Origin: Myxococcota bacterium
GTDB taxonomy: Bacteria > Myxococcota > JAJVIH01
Direction of reading: 5' to 3'
DNA length: 64,000 nucleotides
Assembly (NCBI GenBank): GCA_022072125.1
Contig: JAJVIH010000016.1
Location: 29,081 to 93,080 of the forward strand
Each line of letters begins with the position of its first letter. Position 1 is the stretch's first letter. Below, piece after piece: positions 40,641-50,258 of the stretch. The notes beneath the pieces are model-generated. The model was not told the DNA's origin. It searched no databases and saw nothing but the letters and a program-made list of their open reading frames with translations. The position numbers and the translations under genes were made by a program.

Positions 40641-41153
40641 TCACCACACCTTCCAGCACCAGACGCCGTAGTTCCATTCAAACTGGGCCGGCAATTCAAG
40701 CTGGCCTTCACCATAGGTGACACTGGCGGTGCGGGCGCGGTGGAATTTCACCGATTTGACCTTGATGTTATCCACCTTTCCGTTAAAGGGCAGATGAATC
40801 ATCGTCACGAGCTGGTCGAAGGCCTGTTTTTCCACTTCTTTGCGGACGGGATCGGGATAGAGCCGCAGAAACGCCTTGAAATCCTTGCGTTTGATGGTGT
40901 CCAGGAAGCGGTTGAAGGACGCCGTCACCGCCGCCGGATCGCGCGGCGCTTTCTGGGCGGCGCGCGATCCATCCCCCTCTGGCCGCGAAGCGGAATGCGC
41001 CTTTCCGGAAGAAACCGGCGCAAGTGTCCCGCTGCTTTCCATTCCCCCCGGGTTGGATGGTTTCGCCGCCGCCTCCCGGTCCGCCGCCGCGCCCATTATC
41101 AGGAACATGGCGGCGGCTCCAGACAATACGCGGATCAAACGGGTTTCAGCCAC
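40641..41153 (-). CDS. Hypothetical exported protein (NTF2-like)
   Basis: AGGAGG RBS before GTG 41153; signal peptide; DP..VTASF..FLDTIKRKDF...WNYGVW. Confidence 0.6.
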   Translation of the reverse strand: MAETRLIRVLSGAAAMFLIMGAAADREAAAKPSNPGGMESSGTLAPVSSGKAHSASRPEGDGSRAAQKAPRDPAAVTASFNRFLDTIKRKDFKAFLRLYPDPVRKEVEKQAFDQLVTMIHLPFNGKVDNIKVKSVKFHRARTASVTYGEGQLELPAQFEWNYGVWCWKVW

Positions 41154-41356
41154 GCGATTCCTCCTGTCATTCCGGATCATGGATGGGGCGGGTCTTCCAG
41201 CGCCCGCCGGACGAATAGTGTACCGCATCCGGGCGCGAAGCTCACGTGTTCCATTTCAACAGGTCCCCTGGCGCGGTCTCTCCGCCTCTTTTCGTTTCCG
41301 TGTGGCGGTCTTTATGGTCCTTCAGGAAGTTGATGCCAGGCCTTTCATCGTCCGGC

Positions 41357-41386
41357 AAAAAAGCAGGCCCATGGGCCTGCTTTTTT
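41357..41386. terminator. Bidirectional-type intrinsic terminator
   Basis: AAAAAAGCAGGCCC-AT-GGGCCTGCTTTTTT palindrome just downstream of the 41412 stop. Confidence 0.85.
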
Positions 41387-41411
41387 GTTTGTTGGATCCC
41401 AGGATACCGAA

Positions 41412-44400
41412 TCAGTAGGTTCCAATTTCTCCATTCTTGCCGGTTTCGCCCTGTTCTCCGCCGGCGCCGCCCGCGCCTCCGCCGCCGGGAATGAGCTGGT
41501 TGTTCAACGTGGTGGGCTTGGAACTGCCGGCCTGGATAATGGCGAAGGAAGGACCGCCTCCGCCTCCGCCGCCATCACCGCCCTTGCCGCCCTTGCCGCC
41601 ATCTCCGCCGCGCCCGCCGGCGCCGCCGTCGTTGCCGCTGTAGCTGGTGCTGCCGCCGGCGCCGCCGGTTCCGGCCTTGGCGGATTCGCCGCCGCGGCTG
41701 CCATCGCCGCCGTCTCCGCCCTTGCCGGAGATGATCGTGGAGTATTCAATCTTCGGCGAGGAATTCCACAGGAAGAGCCCCGCGGAAGCGCCGCCGGGTT
41801 CGCCGCCCTTGCCGCCCACGCCCCCTGCTCCACCGCCTCCGCCGCCGCCGCCCGCTCCGCCATAATCGGCGCAGCACCAGCCCAGATCGCCATCGCATCC
41901 GCCGCCACCGCCGCCACCACCGCCTCCGCCGCCGCCCGGCTGGCCATCTTCGCCGTCTCCGCCCTTGCCGCCGGTCCACTGGCCGTTCACCACCGAGCCC
42001 AAGCCATTGCCCATGGCGCCCGGAACACCGTCCTTGCCATCCTTGCCGCGTGCTCCCAGGCCGCCGCCTCCGCCGCGGGAACCGCCGCTGCCCGCGCCGC
42101 CCGCGCACCCACCCGCTCCGTCAGGGCCGGAGCCGCTGTCCGGATTGCACGGCTGAGCGCCCGCGCCCGGCGTTCCGGCGTTGCCGCCGCCCTTCTTGTG
42201 ACCCGGCACGCCGCCGCTGCCGCCGGTATTGGCGCCGTTGCCGCCGCTGCCCACATTGGGACGGCTGCACGAAGCGCAGCCCAGGCTGCCAATCCCGCCG
42301 ATGCCCCATTTTTCGCCGCCCGATTCGCATTGTGGATTGCCGGGGTTGCCAGTCTGGCCAATGTTGGCGTTGGCGGGAACCGGATCACCCGGCTTGCCGT
42401 CGGCGCCGTCGCCCGCCTGGATGACCGCCTTGTTGATCAGCAGGAAATCCTTCGAATCGCCCACCGCCACGCAGAACGCCGCTTCGCCGGGGGTGAAGGC
42501 GGACTGGCACTGCAATCCCACGTGATCGAGCACGGTCAATTCGGTCAGCCCCTGAACGAACATGATTCGCGGTTTCGAGCTGATCAGCTTGACCTCGTGG
42601 GTCTGGGAGCGTTTCCATGCGGCCTGCTGGTTGTAACCGCCGTACAGTTTGATGCCGTTGGGCAGCGAGATCGGGTTTTTGATGTTGTAGACGCCCTGCG
42701 AGATGTACACCGACTTGCTCGGGATATTCCGCGCGGCGGCGATACCGGCCTCGATGGTCTTCTTGGGTTTGTCCATCGTTCCGGGGGAGCCGTCGCTGCC
42801 CGAGGCGGAAACGTAGATCGCCTGGATATTCTTCGGATCCCGGCTTGCGAGGCCATCCACCCCATCGCAGTTGGAATCTTCGTAATCGTTGTCGGGAACG
42901 TCGTCCGGGCCCACGTAGTCGCAGGCGTATTCACACCCATTGGCCGGGTCGCCATCCAGATCCACCTTGCCCTTGTCGCATCCGGTGCCTTCGCCAAACA
43001 GCTTGAGCACCGTGCGTCCCGATCCGAATTTGGCGTGGACGATCGTGACTTCCGCTTCCACCGCTCCCACCTTGGTGGGTTGCAGGATGGCGGTCAGCTT
43101 GAGCACGGTCTTGTTGCCCGCTTCATTGACCAGTTCCGCCGGGTAGATGGTCGGAATGCCGTTGACCACAATCGCCGGATCGGGTTTGGTCACGGAAATG
43201 CTGTCAATTTCGATGGTTCCGGTGCCCGCGTTCTGCACGTAGATTTCCTTGGGGGGCGATTTGCCGCCAATGGACACCTTGCCCAGGTCCACCGGCGCGG
43301 GCGGGGTGATCTGCAGCTTGGGCTCCGATCCGACGCCTTCCACGGGGACTTCCACCGCGTTGGGCGAAGCCGCCGTGAGAATGAGGATTTTGTTTTCCCT
43401 CAGCCCCGCCTGCTTCGGTTCGAAGCTGACCTTCATTTCGTAAGTCTGCCCCGGGTCCACGCGGGTGGGCGCGTTGATCAGCTTGAAGTCGTCGCTGGTG
43501 ACGGCGAGTTTGACCTCCTTCACCACCAGGGATTCATCCGGCGAGACGTTGGTCAGGCGCAGGCTCTTTTCCGACTTCTGCCCCATCAGCGTTTCCGGGA
43601 AATTCAGCTTGGAGGGGTCCACCACAAGGCCTGCCGGGGTGACGCCCGCCGCCGCGCTCAGGGTGATGGTGGTCGCGCCGTCGTCGGGTTGGCCGTTGTT
43701 GTCAATGTCGGTGTCGTTGGTCTTGACATCAATCACCGCGTCATGACGGCCTTTTTTCTGTGCGAGGAAATTGACCGTGACCTTCACCTCCTGGCCGGGG
43801 TTCAGGAAGATCGGAATCTTCGCGTTGGGGTTCACGCCCACCACGTCGAAAGTCAACTGGAATTGATCAAACGCCGTGCCCGCCGTCTGCCGGACCTTGA
43901 ACTCGTTGAGTCCCAGGATGCTGGTTCCATTGCCGTTGTTCTTGACCGTGAAGACCTGATTGACCGGCTTGTTCACGTCGGTGGCGCCGAAGGTGATGGA
44001 ATGGTTCGCCGGGCCATTGGCGGCGGGCCACACCACCGTCGCCGGAGAGGCGTTGTTCTGGACGATGTTGTAATCCACCTCTCCCTTGTAGGTGCTGGCC
44101 ATCGCCACGCTGATTTTGGGGGTCTTGGCGTTGGAGATGACCTCGATGGTCCCGGAATCCGGCTTTTCATCGTCGGGTGAATACACCACCTGGAACACCG
44201 TCACGTCGCCCGGCTCCAGGATGGCCGCGGGGACCGGGTTGGGATCCAGCGCGAACGCCTTGCTGGTGGTGGATTCAAACTTCACTTCCAGCAACTGCAC
44301 CTTGCTCTGGCCCACATTGGAAATGCGCACCTGTTTGGTGGATGAACTGCCGAAACTGACCGCGCCGAAATCCAGCACCTGCGGGCTCACCTCCAGCACG

Positions 44401-44930
44401 CCCTCCGGGTTGATTTCGATTGGAGTGCATTTGCCCGTCTGGACCACGCAACGCTCGATATCCGGCTTGCAGTCCTTGTCGGATTTGCAGCCGCTGCCCG
44501 GGAATTTGCATACGCCCGACACGCAGGCGCCGTCTGGAGCGCAATCCGCGTCGCCGCTGCACAGGACATTGCCCGAACCATCCACGTCGCGGCAGAAAGA
44601 GGCCACGCATTTCTGATCGGACCGGCACTCGCTGTCCGCCGAACAAGGCACGCCGGCCGCGCCCTGGCAAACGCCGCCTTCACAGGTCTGCCCAGCCGGG
44701 CAGTCCAGGTTGCCGGTGCAGGAGATGGGGCCATCCCCCGGCGCCTCGCAGGTTCCTTCCTTGCAGACCTCGCCTTCGCCGCAGTCGAGGTCCGCCTGGC
44801 AGTTTTTCTGCGTCTGGCGGGGAGTGGGTTTGCCAACGCCCGCGTCGAGAATGCCGCCCGCGTCGCCACATCCCGCAATTCCCAAGGCGATGACCGTCAG
44901 GGCTGAAAATACAATGGAACAGGTCTTCAT
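41412..44930 (-). CDS. Large surface lipoprotein: Cys-rich repeats, ASH/choice-of-anchor-D Ig domains, DxNCDGxD motif, DUF1565-like and Gly-rich region
   Basis: Lipobox IAGC; C-x-x-D-x-x-C repeats; LEVSPQVLDFGAV-type domains (about 4); DSNCDGVDG; YVSASG...GTMDKPKKTI; long GGxG tail. Confidence 0.85.
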   Translation of the reverse strand: MKTCSIVFSALTVIALGIAGCGDAGGILDAGVGKPTPRQTQKNCQADLDCGEGEVCKEGTCEAPGDGPISCTGNLDCPAGQTCEGGVCQGAAGVPCSADSECRSDQKCVASFCRDVDGSGNVLCSGDADCAPDGACVSGVCKFPGSGCKSDKDCKPDIERCVVQTGKCTPIEINPEGVLEVSPQVLDFGAVSFGSSSTKQVRISNVGQSKVQLLEVKFESTTSKAFALDPNPVPAAILEPGDVTVFQVVYSPDDEKPDSGTIEVISNAKTPKISVAMASTYKGEVDYNIVQNNASPATVVWPAANGPANHSITFGATDVNKPVNQVFTVKNNGNGTSILGLNEFKVRQTAGTAFDQFQLTFDVVGVNPNAKIPIFLNPGQEVKVTVNFLAQKKGRHDAVIDVKTNDTDIDNNGQPDDGATTITLSAAAGVTPAGLVVDPSKLNFPETLMGQKSEKSLRLTNVSPDESLVVKEVKLAVTSDDFKLINAPTRVDPGQTYEMKVSFEPKQAGLRENKILILTAASPNAVEVPVEGVGSEPKLQITPPAPVDLGKVSIGGKSPPKEIYVQNAGTGTIEIDSISVTKPDPAIVVNGIPTIYPAELVNEAGNKTVLKLTAILQPTKVGAVEAEVTIVHAKFGSGRTVLKLFGEGTGCDKGKVDLDGDPANGCEYACDYVGPDDVPDNDYEDSNCDGVDGLASRDPKNIQAIYVSASGSDGSPGTMDKPKKTIEAGIAAARNIPSKSVYISQGVYNIKNPISLPNGIKLYGGYNQQAAWKRSQTHEVKLISSKPRIMFVQGLTELTVLDHVGLQCQSAFTPGEAAFCVAVGDSKDFLLINKAVIQAGDGADGKPGDPVPANANIGQTGNPGNPQCESGGEKWGIGGIGSLGCASCSRPNVGSGGNGANTGGSGGVPGHKKGGGNAGTPGAGAQPCNPDSGSGPDGAGGCAGGAGSGGSRGGGGGLGARGKDGKDGVPGAMGNGLGSVVNGQWTGGKGGDGEDGQPGGGGGGGGGGGGGCDGDLGWCCADYGGAGGGGGGGGAGGVGGKGGEPGGASAGLFLWNSSPKIEYSTIISGKGGDGGDGSRGGESAKAGTGGAGGSTSYSGNDGGAGGRGGDGGKGGKGGDGGGGGGGPSFAIIQAGSSKPTTLNNQLIPGGGGAGGAGGEQGETGKNGEIGTY

Positions 44931-45177
44931 GTACCGCACGGCGGACCTTTCGATATGACCAGGCCGGACTTCTCGCACCCCCCGGATGACAAAATCCCAG
45001 AATCGAGGTGAAGGGGATATGATATCCGCCACACCTGACTGGCGACCCTCATCACTATAGCCAAACCGGGGAAAGATTGCATCCCCCAGTTGACCGTCCT
45101 TGCGCGTCAAATATGACGCGGCGCGTTATTAATGACTGCCCCCCCTCCCGAAGCGGCCGGGTCACGCCCGGGTTTCA

Positions 45178-45561
45178 TCATGGTTTTTCGGGAGGCGGTT
45201 GCCAGAGTTCCACGCGGCGGCCATCCGGATCGGTGAACCAGCCGAAGCGTCCGAACTCCGACTCTTCCACGTGTTCATCCACCGCTACGCCGCCGGCGCT
45301 GAGTTGGGCGAGCATGGCGTCAAGGTCATCCACCATCAGATTGATCATGAACGGCGAATCGCCCGGGCCAAAATAGGCCGTGTCCTGCGGGAAGGGCGAC
45401 CATACCGAGGCGCGCCGCGCCCCGCCGCCGGACACCCAGGGGAATACGGCGCCATTCCATGCTTCCACTGGCAGCCCCAGGTGCTGCTTGTACCAGGCCG
45501 CCAGCGCCGCCGGATCCCTGGTGCGAAAAAACACTCCGCCAATACCAACCACGCTCGCCAT
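45178..45561 (-). CDS. VOC (glyoxalase/bleomycin resistance) family protein
   Basis: GIGGVFF..DP..LAAWY..HLG, VDDLDA, FGRFGWFTDPDGRRVELWQP; GGAGGAG RBS. Confidence 0.92.
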   Translation of the reverse strand: MASVVGIGGVFFRTRDPAALAAWYKQHLGLPVEAWNGAVFPWVSGGGARRASVWSPFPQDTAYFGPGDSPFMINLMVDDLDAMLAQLSAGGVAVDEHVEESEFGRFGWFTDPDGRRVELWQPPPEKP

Positions 45562-45664
45562 GACTCCTCCGGGGGATGAGATGAAGATTTTCCGTGTGTG
45601 CAAGAATAGCCGCCCCGCGGGCGCGAAGTCATCTTTGAAGACCTGGCGAATCCCGCGCGCGGGG

Positions 45665-46435
45665 TTATTCCGGTTTTGGGCGCGGTTTCACGACCGGGAC
45701 GCCCATGGCGTCGTAGATTTCCGCCCACATGGGGCTCTTGTGACTGCGCACGCGGATGCCCGCCACCCGGAATTGCACGCCCACATACCAGGTGCGCGGA
45801 CGGAATGGATGGGGAATCCGGTAGAGCGTATCCGGCACGGCCAGCAGGTCCACGTAGGGCATGGTGTGCGGGAGCATCAGCTCCAGATTCTGGTTGGTGA
45901 CCGCGTCGAAAGGTCCGATGGCGAACTGGCGGCGCGGCGCGCGCAAGCCGAATTTGTCGTCGCGGATGCCCGGCGAGGGTTTATCCATCGCCACCGAATA
46001 CAGCCAGGTCGCGCCATCCTGTTCGCGGGTGGGAAGCTCCACCGCCAGTTCCAGCCAGAATTTGAGCGGACGCGGGTCTTCCCTGACAAAGCTGAACTCC
46101 GCGTTGACCTGGCGGGTCAGCGGAAAATGATCAAACAGCAACAACTTGCCGCGCACCTTGCGGAAACGGTCTTCATTGGCCTTCCAGCAGGCGGCGAAGC
46201 CCGGATGTTTTTCCGGCGGACATGGTTTGACCACCGAGTCCACCCACGCCATCAGGCCGCGCACCGACTCGCTGCCAGAACCCCAAAGCAGGAAGTCGCG
46301 ATCCGGCCGGCTGGAGATGTCCACGGTCTTGTTCTTCGGCGCGGACTGGCTGGCGGCGGTTCCGCCCTGCTGGGCGAGAAGCATGGAGGCGGGAAGCAGA
46401 CAGGACAACAGCGCCGCCGCCCCTGCGAGGCCCAT
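45665..46435 (-). CDS. Hypothetical exported protein
   Basis: Signal-like N-terminus, globular region with a Cys pair; start uncertain. Confidence 0.55.
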   Translation of the reverse strand: MGLAGAAALLSCLLPASMLLAQQGGTAASQSAPKNKTVDISSRPDRDFLLWGSGSESVRGLMAWVDSVVKPCPPEKHPGFAACWKANEDRFRKVRGKLLLFDHFPLTRQVNAEFSFVREDPRPLKFWLELAVELPTREQDGATWLYSVAMDKPSPGIRDDKFGLRAPRRQFAIGPFDAVTNQNLELMLPHTMPYVDLLAVPDTLYRIPHPFRPRTWYVGVQFRVAGIRVRSHKSPMWAEIYDAMGVPVVKPRPKPE

Positions 46436-46526
46436 TCCGCGGCGTCCCCCGGGAGAGTTCACGCGCGGGCGCGCTTGAGGGACTTGCGGGCCGCGGGTTA
46501 GTGTTTGGCGCTCACCTGGAATCGCC

Positions 46527-49500
46527 ATGCGCAAGAACCTGTTGCTTCCAGTCTGCTTCGGAATATTCATCGCCGCCATCCAGTCGTGTTCGGGATGCCG
46601 TGAAACCGGCGGAGCCCCGCGCGCGCTGCGCGAGGCTAGCACCCAACCGGTCGCCGCCGTCAAGGAAATCCGCGCCCTTGCGGCCGCTGACTGGGGCGCC
46701 GCGGTTGGCGGCTCCGATGGCGTGGTGGCGGGCGTTCCCGCAAACGGATCGGCGCCCTTCGAGTTGCGCGGGCACGCAGCGCCGGTGACCCGGTTGTGCT
46801 TCGCCGCGAATGGCGAGCGGCTGGTTTCACTGGATCAATCCGGCGCCGCCAAGGTCTGGAACATCACATCGAAATCATGGTTGCGGGACCTGGCGCAAAA
46901 GGCCCCGGCCGTCACCGCCATGGCCAGCGAAGACGGATGGGCGGCGGCTGGCGCGGCGACCGGCGATATCACCCTGTGGCGGCCCGGGCCCGGGGGCGCT
47001 CCGGAACGGATCGAGGGACTATCAGCAGGGTCGGCCGTGCGCGCGCTGGCGTTTTCGCCTCGCGCAAAGCTGCTCGCCGCGGGAACCGAGGACGGCGCGT
47101 TGCGCATCCTCGATGTGGAATCGGGGTCGTGGCGGCCCTCCGCGGCCGCCTCCGGACCCGCCATCGCCGCCGTGCGCTTCGTCGAGACAAACGGCGTGAC
47201 GCGGCTCGTGGCGGTGCGGCGCAATGGTGAGTTCGCCTGGGCCGCGCCGGACGCCACGGACTTTCCGTGGCGGTCCTCCGGCCTCGATAAATTGAGCGCC
47301 GCCGCCATCGGCGGGCGCGGTGAAATCGCCGTGGCCCGTGACAGCGATCTGCGCGTATTCTTTCCCTCCGCCAAAAACAGCGGTGACTGGGAGCCGTGGA
47401 CTCTGCCCGCCGCCATTCCCCACGCGGCCGGCATCAGCGCATTGCATGTCTCGGGAGATGGAAAAACCGTTCTCACGGGCGGGCGTGACGGTCTTGTGGG
47501 TGTTTGGGATTCCCGCGGCGACGAGGTGAAAATCGTCTTTCGTGATCACGGCAATGTTGTAAGCGCCCTCGCCATGGACCCCCAGGGCAAGGTGATCGCC
47601 AGCGCGTCGGCGGATGGACAGATGATCTTCTGGCGGCTCAAGGGCGAGTTGCTGATCCTCAAGGCGAAGGCGGCGGGACCGCTCGCCGCACTGACGTTCG
47701 CAGCGCCGGACCGGGTGATTTCCGGCGGCGCCAGCGGCGAGATCGCGGCGTGGGATGTCTCCCTGACCCTGCCCGAATTGTACATGCGCCGGTACGTGCC
47801 CAGCGACTACCAGTACGCCTGCGCCAGCGGCGGCCAAATCATCGCGGCGGGGGATGGCTCGCGCAATGTGTGGCTGTGGGACAAGGACAACAACCGCATT
47901 CGCGTCATGCTCAAGGGTCTGACGGGGGCGGTGACGGCGATGGCGCTCAATCAGGCCGGGACAAAACTGGCGCTCGCCACCGGAGACGGGAAGCTTTGGA
48001 CATTCAATCCGGGAGATGGACAGCAGTTGCGCGAGGCGCCGCTGGTCACGTTGTCCCAACATGCGTTGAGTTCGGCTTTGATCCACCGCCTGGCGGCGGC
48101 GGGAGACTGGGTGATCGCCGCCGGTCCGCGTCATGTATGGGTGTGGAACAGCGCCGCCTCTTCCGTGAACGTGGTGGAGTCTCCCGGGGCGGCGGGCGGG
48201 CCGGTGGACGTGGCGGTTTCCGGCGATTCATCCGCCGCCATCCTGCACGACCGGCACGTGCGGCTTCTGGACCCGGCCAAACCGCCGCAAATACAAACCA
48301 TTGTATTGCCCAGGAGCGGCGCCAGCCGCATCGCGCTGGCGCCCGGCGGCGGCTTTGTCGTGGGGTTCGGCGATGGCGCGGTCGAACGCTACAACGCCAA
48401 AGGGATGGCGGCGGGCGGTTGCAAGGGGCTGACTGGTCCCGTGTTGCGCTTGGCGGTTTCCGCCACGGCCATCGCCGCCTCAACCGCCGGCGACGAGATG
48501 CGCTGGCCGGTCACGTGCGGCGCGGGCAAGCTGGCGCAGGCGCCCAGCGACATGGCGGCCGCGTGCCGTTATCAGAATGGACATTTGGTCGAGACCTCTC
48601 CGGCGCTGCTCGATTCCTTGCGCACCGAGGAGCCGCAACTGTTTGAACTGGTCGAGCCGCGGCGCCGGGAATTCACCGCGGCCGCGGCCGGGTCCAGCGG
48701 CATGGGCGGACAAATGGTGCTTGTCGCGTCGGCAGCCGGCGAGGTTTCCGTGCGCGACGCCGCCGCCGGCCGCGTGATCAACGCCTGGCCGCATTCCTCT
48801 CCGCGCACCGCCGCTTTGTCCGTGCCGCGCGCGCCCATCTTCGTGGTGGGATCGGAAGACGGCGCGTTGCAGGTGCTCGACGCCAGCACCGGCAAGGATC
48901 GCGTGTTCACCCAGACGGGGCGCGGCGGCGTGCGCGCCATGGCGGCCGGGCCCGATCAGTTCGCCGTGCTCTACGAAAAGGGCGTGGCCCTGCGCGCCTT
49001 CGCCACCCTCGCCGAAACCGCGTGGGCGCCGCTCGAAGGCGTGAACGCGATCAGCGTGGCGGCCGGCAAGGACATGGTTTGGGTGGGAGATGACAAGGGC
49101 GCCATCCACCCCATTGGGGTCAATGGAGAAAAATCCCGTCCCGTGCAGGCGGGAAACGCGCCCATCCGCGCCCTCGCCGCCGGGAAGGATGGCGTATTGT
49201 GGGCGGGCGACAACGCCGGTTTCCTGTGGCGGATTCCCGCCAGCGGCGCGCCGGAAAAATTCCCGCTGGATTCCACGGCCGTCACCGGGCTTCAGTTGGT
49301 CTGGAATGATCAATGGCTGATCGCGCTGACTTCCAGCGGCAAACTGCTGGCGTGGGACATCGCCCAATCGGTCATCCGGTTTGAAAAAACCGGCCTGGGC
49401 GGTCACAGCGATGTGCTGGCGGTCAGCGCGGACAACGCCTGGGTCATCAACGCCGGGCAGACGGGAGCGCAGGTCTGGCGGCTGAGCCGCGGCGAATTTC

Positions 49501-50090
49501 TTGCTTCATTGAAGGAGAGCGCGCCCATCTTCGCCGGGCTGGCCTGCCATCCCGCCCAGCCCGTCGCCTGGGTGGTCACCTCGCGCGATGAACTGTGGGA
49601 ATATCAACTGGATAGCGGTCAGGCCGGTGTCAACAAGAGTTTTTCCGGGGCGATACTGCGGCGCAACAAGGAAGAAGAGGAAGCCGCCTGGTCAGTGAGC
49701 ATCAACGGGGCCGTCATACCGGTTGACAGGGATTCCATGTCCGGGATCGGGGAGCGCAAACAGACCCGTATGCGGGCCGGCATGGGGGACGTGATCACAA
49801 CCATTCACCAAAAGGGCGATAGCTGGGTCTGGTCCCACCCCGCGCTTCCGGAGGAAGGCCTGAAGGTGTTTCCCGCGGGCGCACGGCTGTTGGCCTATGA
49901 CTGCGGTGGAAAGGATGCCTGCACCGCCGTGGCCACGGATCGGGTGGTGTGGCTGAAGGCGGCGCCCCAGGCGTCGTCCGTGACGAGACCGTTGCCCCGT
50001 CCCGCCATCCTGGCCCGGATTCATGGCGACCGGCTTTTCGCCGCCGGGGCGCCCAATATCGTGACGGTTTATCCGTTGCAGGCGGATTGA
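46527..50090 (+). CDS. Exported WD40-repeat (multi beta-propeller) protein
   Basis: Signal with QSCSGC; repeats such as LRGHAAPVTRLCFAANGERLVSLDQSGAAKVWN and DHGNVVSALAMDPQGKVIASASADGQMIFWR. Confidence 0.85.
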   Translation: MRKNLLLPVCFGIFIAAIQSCSGCRETGGAPRALREASTQPVAAVKEIRALAAADWGAAVGGSDGVVAGVPANGSAPFELRGHAAPVTRLCFAANGERLVSLDQSGAAKVWNITSKSWLRDLAQKAPAVTAMASEDGWAAAGAATGDITLWRPGPGGAPERIEGLSAGSAVRALAFSPRAKLLAAGTEDGALRILDVESGSWRPSAAASGPAIAAVRFVETNGVTRLVAVRRNGEFAWAAPDATDFPWRSSGLDKLSAAAIGGRGEIAVARDSDLRVFFPSAKNSGDWEPWTLPAAIPHAAGISALHVSGDGKTVLTGGRDGLVGVWDSRGDEVKIVFRDHGNVVSALAMDPQGKVIASASADGQMIFWRLKGELLILKAKAAGPLAALTFAAPDRVISGGASGEIAAWDVSLTLPELYMRRYVPSDYQYACASGGQIIAAGDGSRNVWLWDKDNNRIRVMLKGLTGAVTAMALNQAGTKLALATGDGKLWTFNPGDGQQLREAPLVTLSQHALSSALIHRLAAAGDWVIAAGPRHVWVWNSAASSVNVVESPGAAGGPVDVAVSGDSSAAILHDRHVRLLDPAKPPQIQTIVLPRSGASRIALAPGGGFVVGFGDGAVERYNAKGMAAGGCKGLTGPVLRLAVSATAIAASTAGDEMRWPVTCGAGKLAQAPSDMAAACRYQNGHLVETSPALLDSLRTEEPQLFELVEPRRREFTAAAAGSSGMGGQMVLVASAAGEVSVRDAAAGRVINAWPHSSPRTAALSVPRAPIFVVGSEDGALQVLDASTGKDRVFTQTGRGGVRAMAAGPDQFAVLYEKGVALRAFATLAETAWAPLEGVNAISVAAGKDMVWVGDDKGAIHPIGVNGEKSRPVQAGNAPIRALAAGKDGVLWAGDNAGFLWRIPASGAPEKFPLDSTAVTGLQLVWNDQWLIALTSSGKLLAWDIAQSVIRFEKTGLGGHSDVLAVSADNAWVINAGQTGAQVWRLSRGEFLASLKESAPIFAGLACHPAQPVAWVVTSRDELWEYQLDSGQAGVNKSFSGAILRRNKEEEEAAWSVSINGAVIPVDRDSMSGIGERKQTRMRAGMGDVITTIHQKGDSWVWSHPALPEEGLKVFPAGARLLAYDCGGKDACTAVATDRVVWLKAAPQASSVTRPLPRPAILARIHGDRLFAAGAPNIVTVYPLQAD

Positions 50091-50258
50091 ATGACCGGCG
50101 CGCCGTTGCGGCGCAAGAACCCGGGAGTGGACCTGTTCAACGCCTGAACCCGCCGTTCGTCCACGGCGGATATGCAAGGAGGGCCAGGCGCGCGCTTCAC
50201 GGGGCGCGGGCGAATGCGTCCAATTGCGGTCCGGGGGACCGGACGCTAGATTGCCGCC

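Noticed and set aside
41385-44180. 931-aa + strand Ala-rich ORF and GCC-rich tandem repeats
   Set aside because: Mirror of the Gly-rich coding region on the minus strand; not a separate gene, CRISPR or mycobacterial PE-PGRS (no PE domain).
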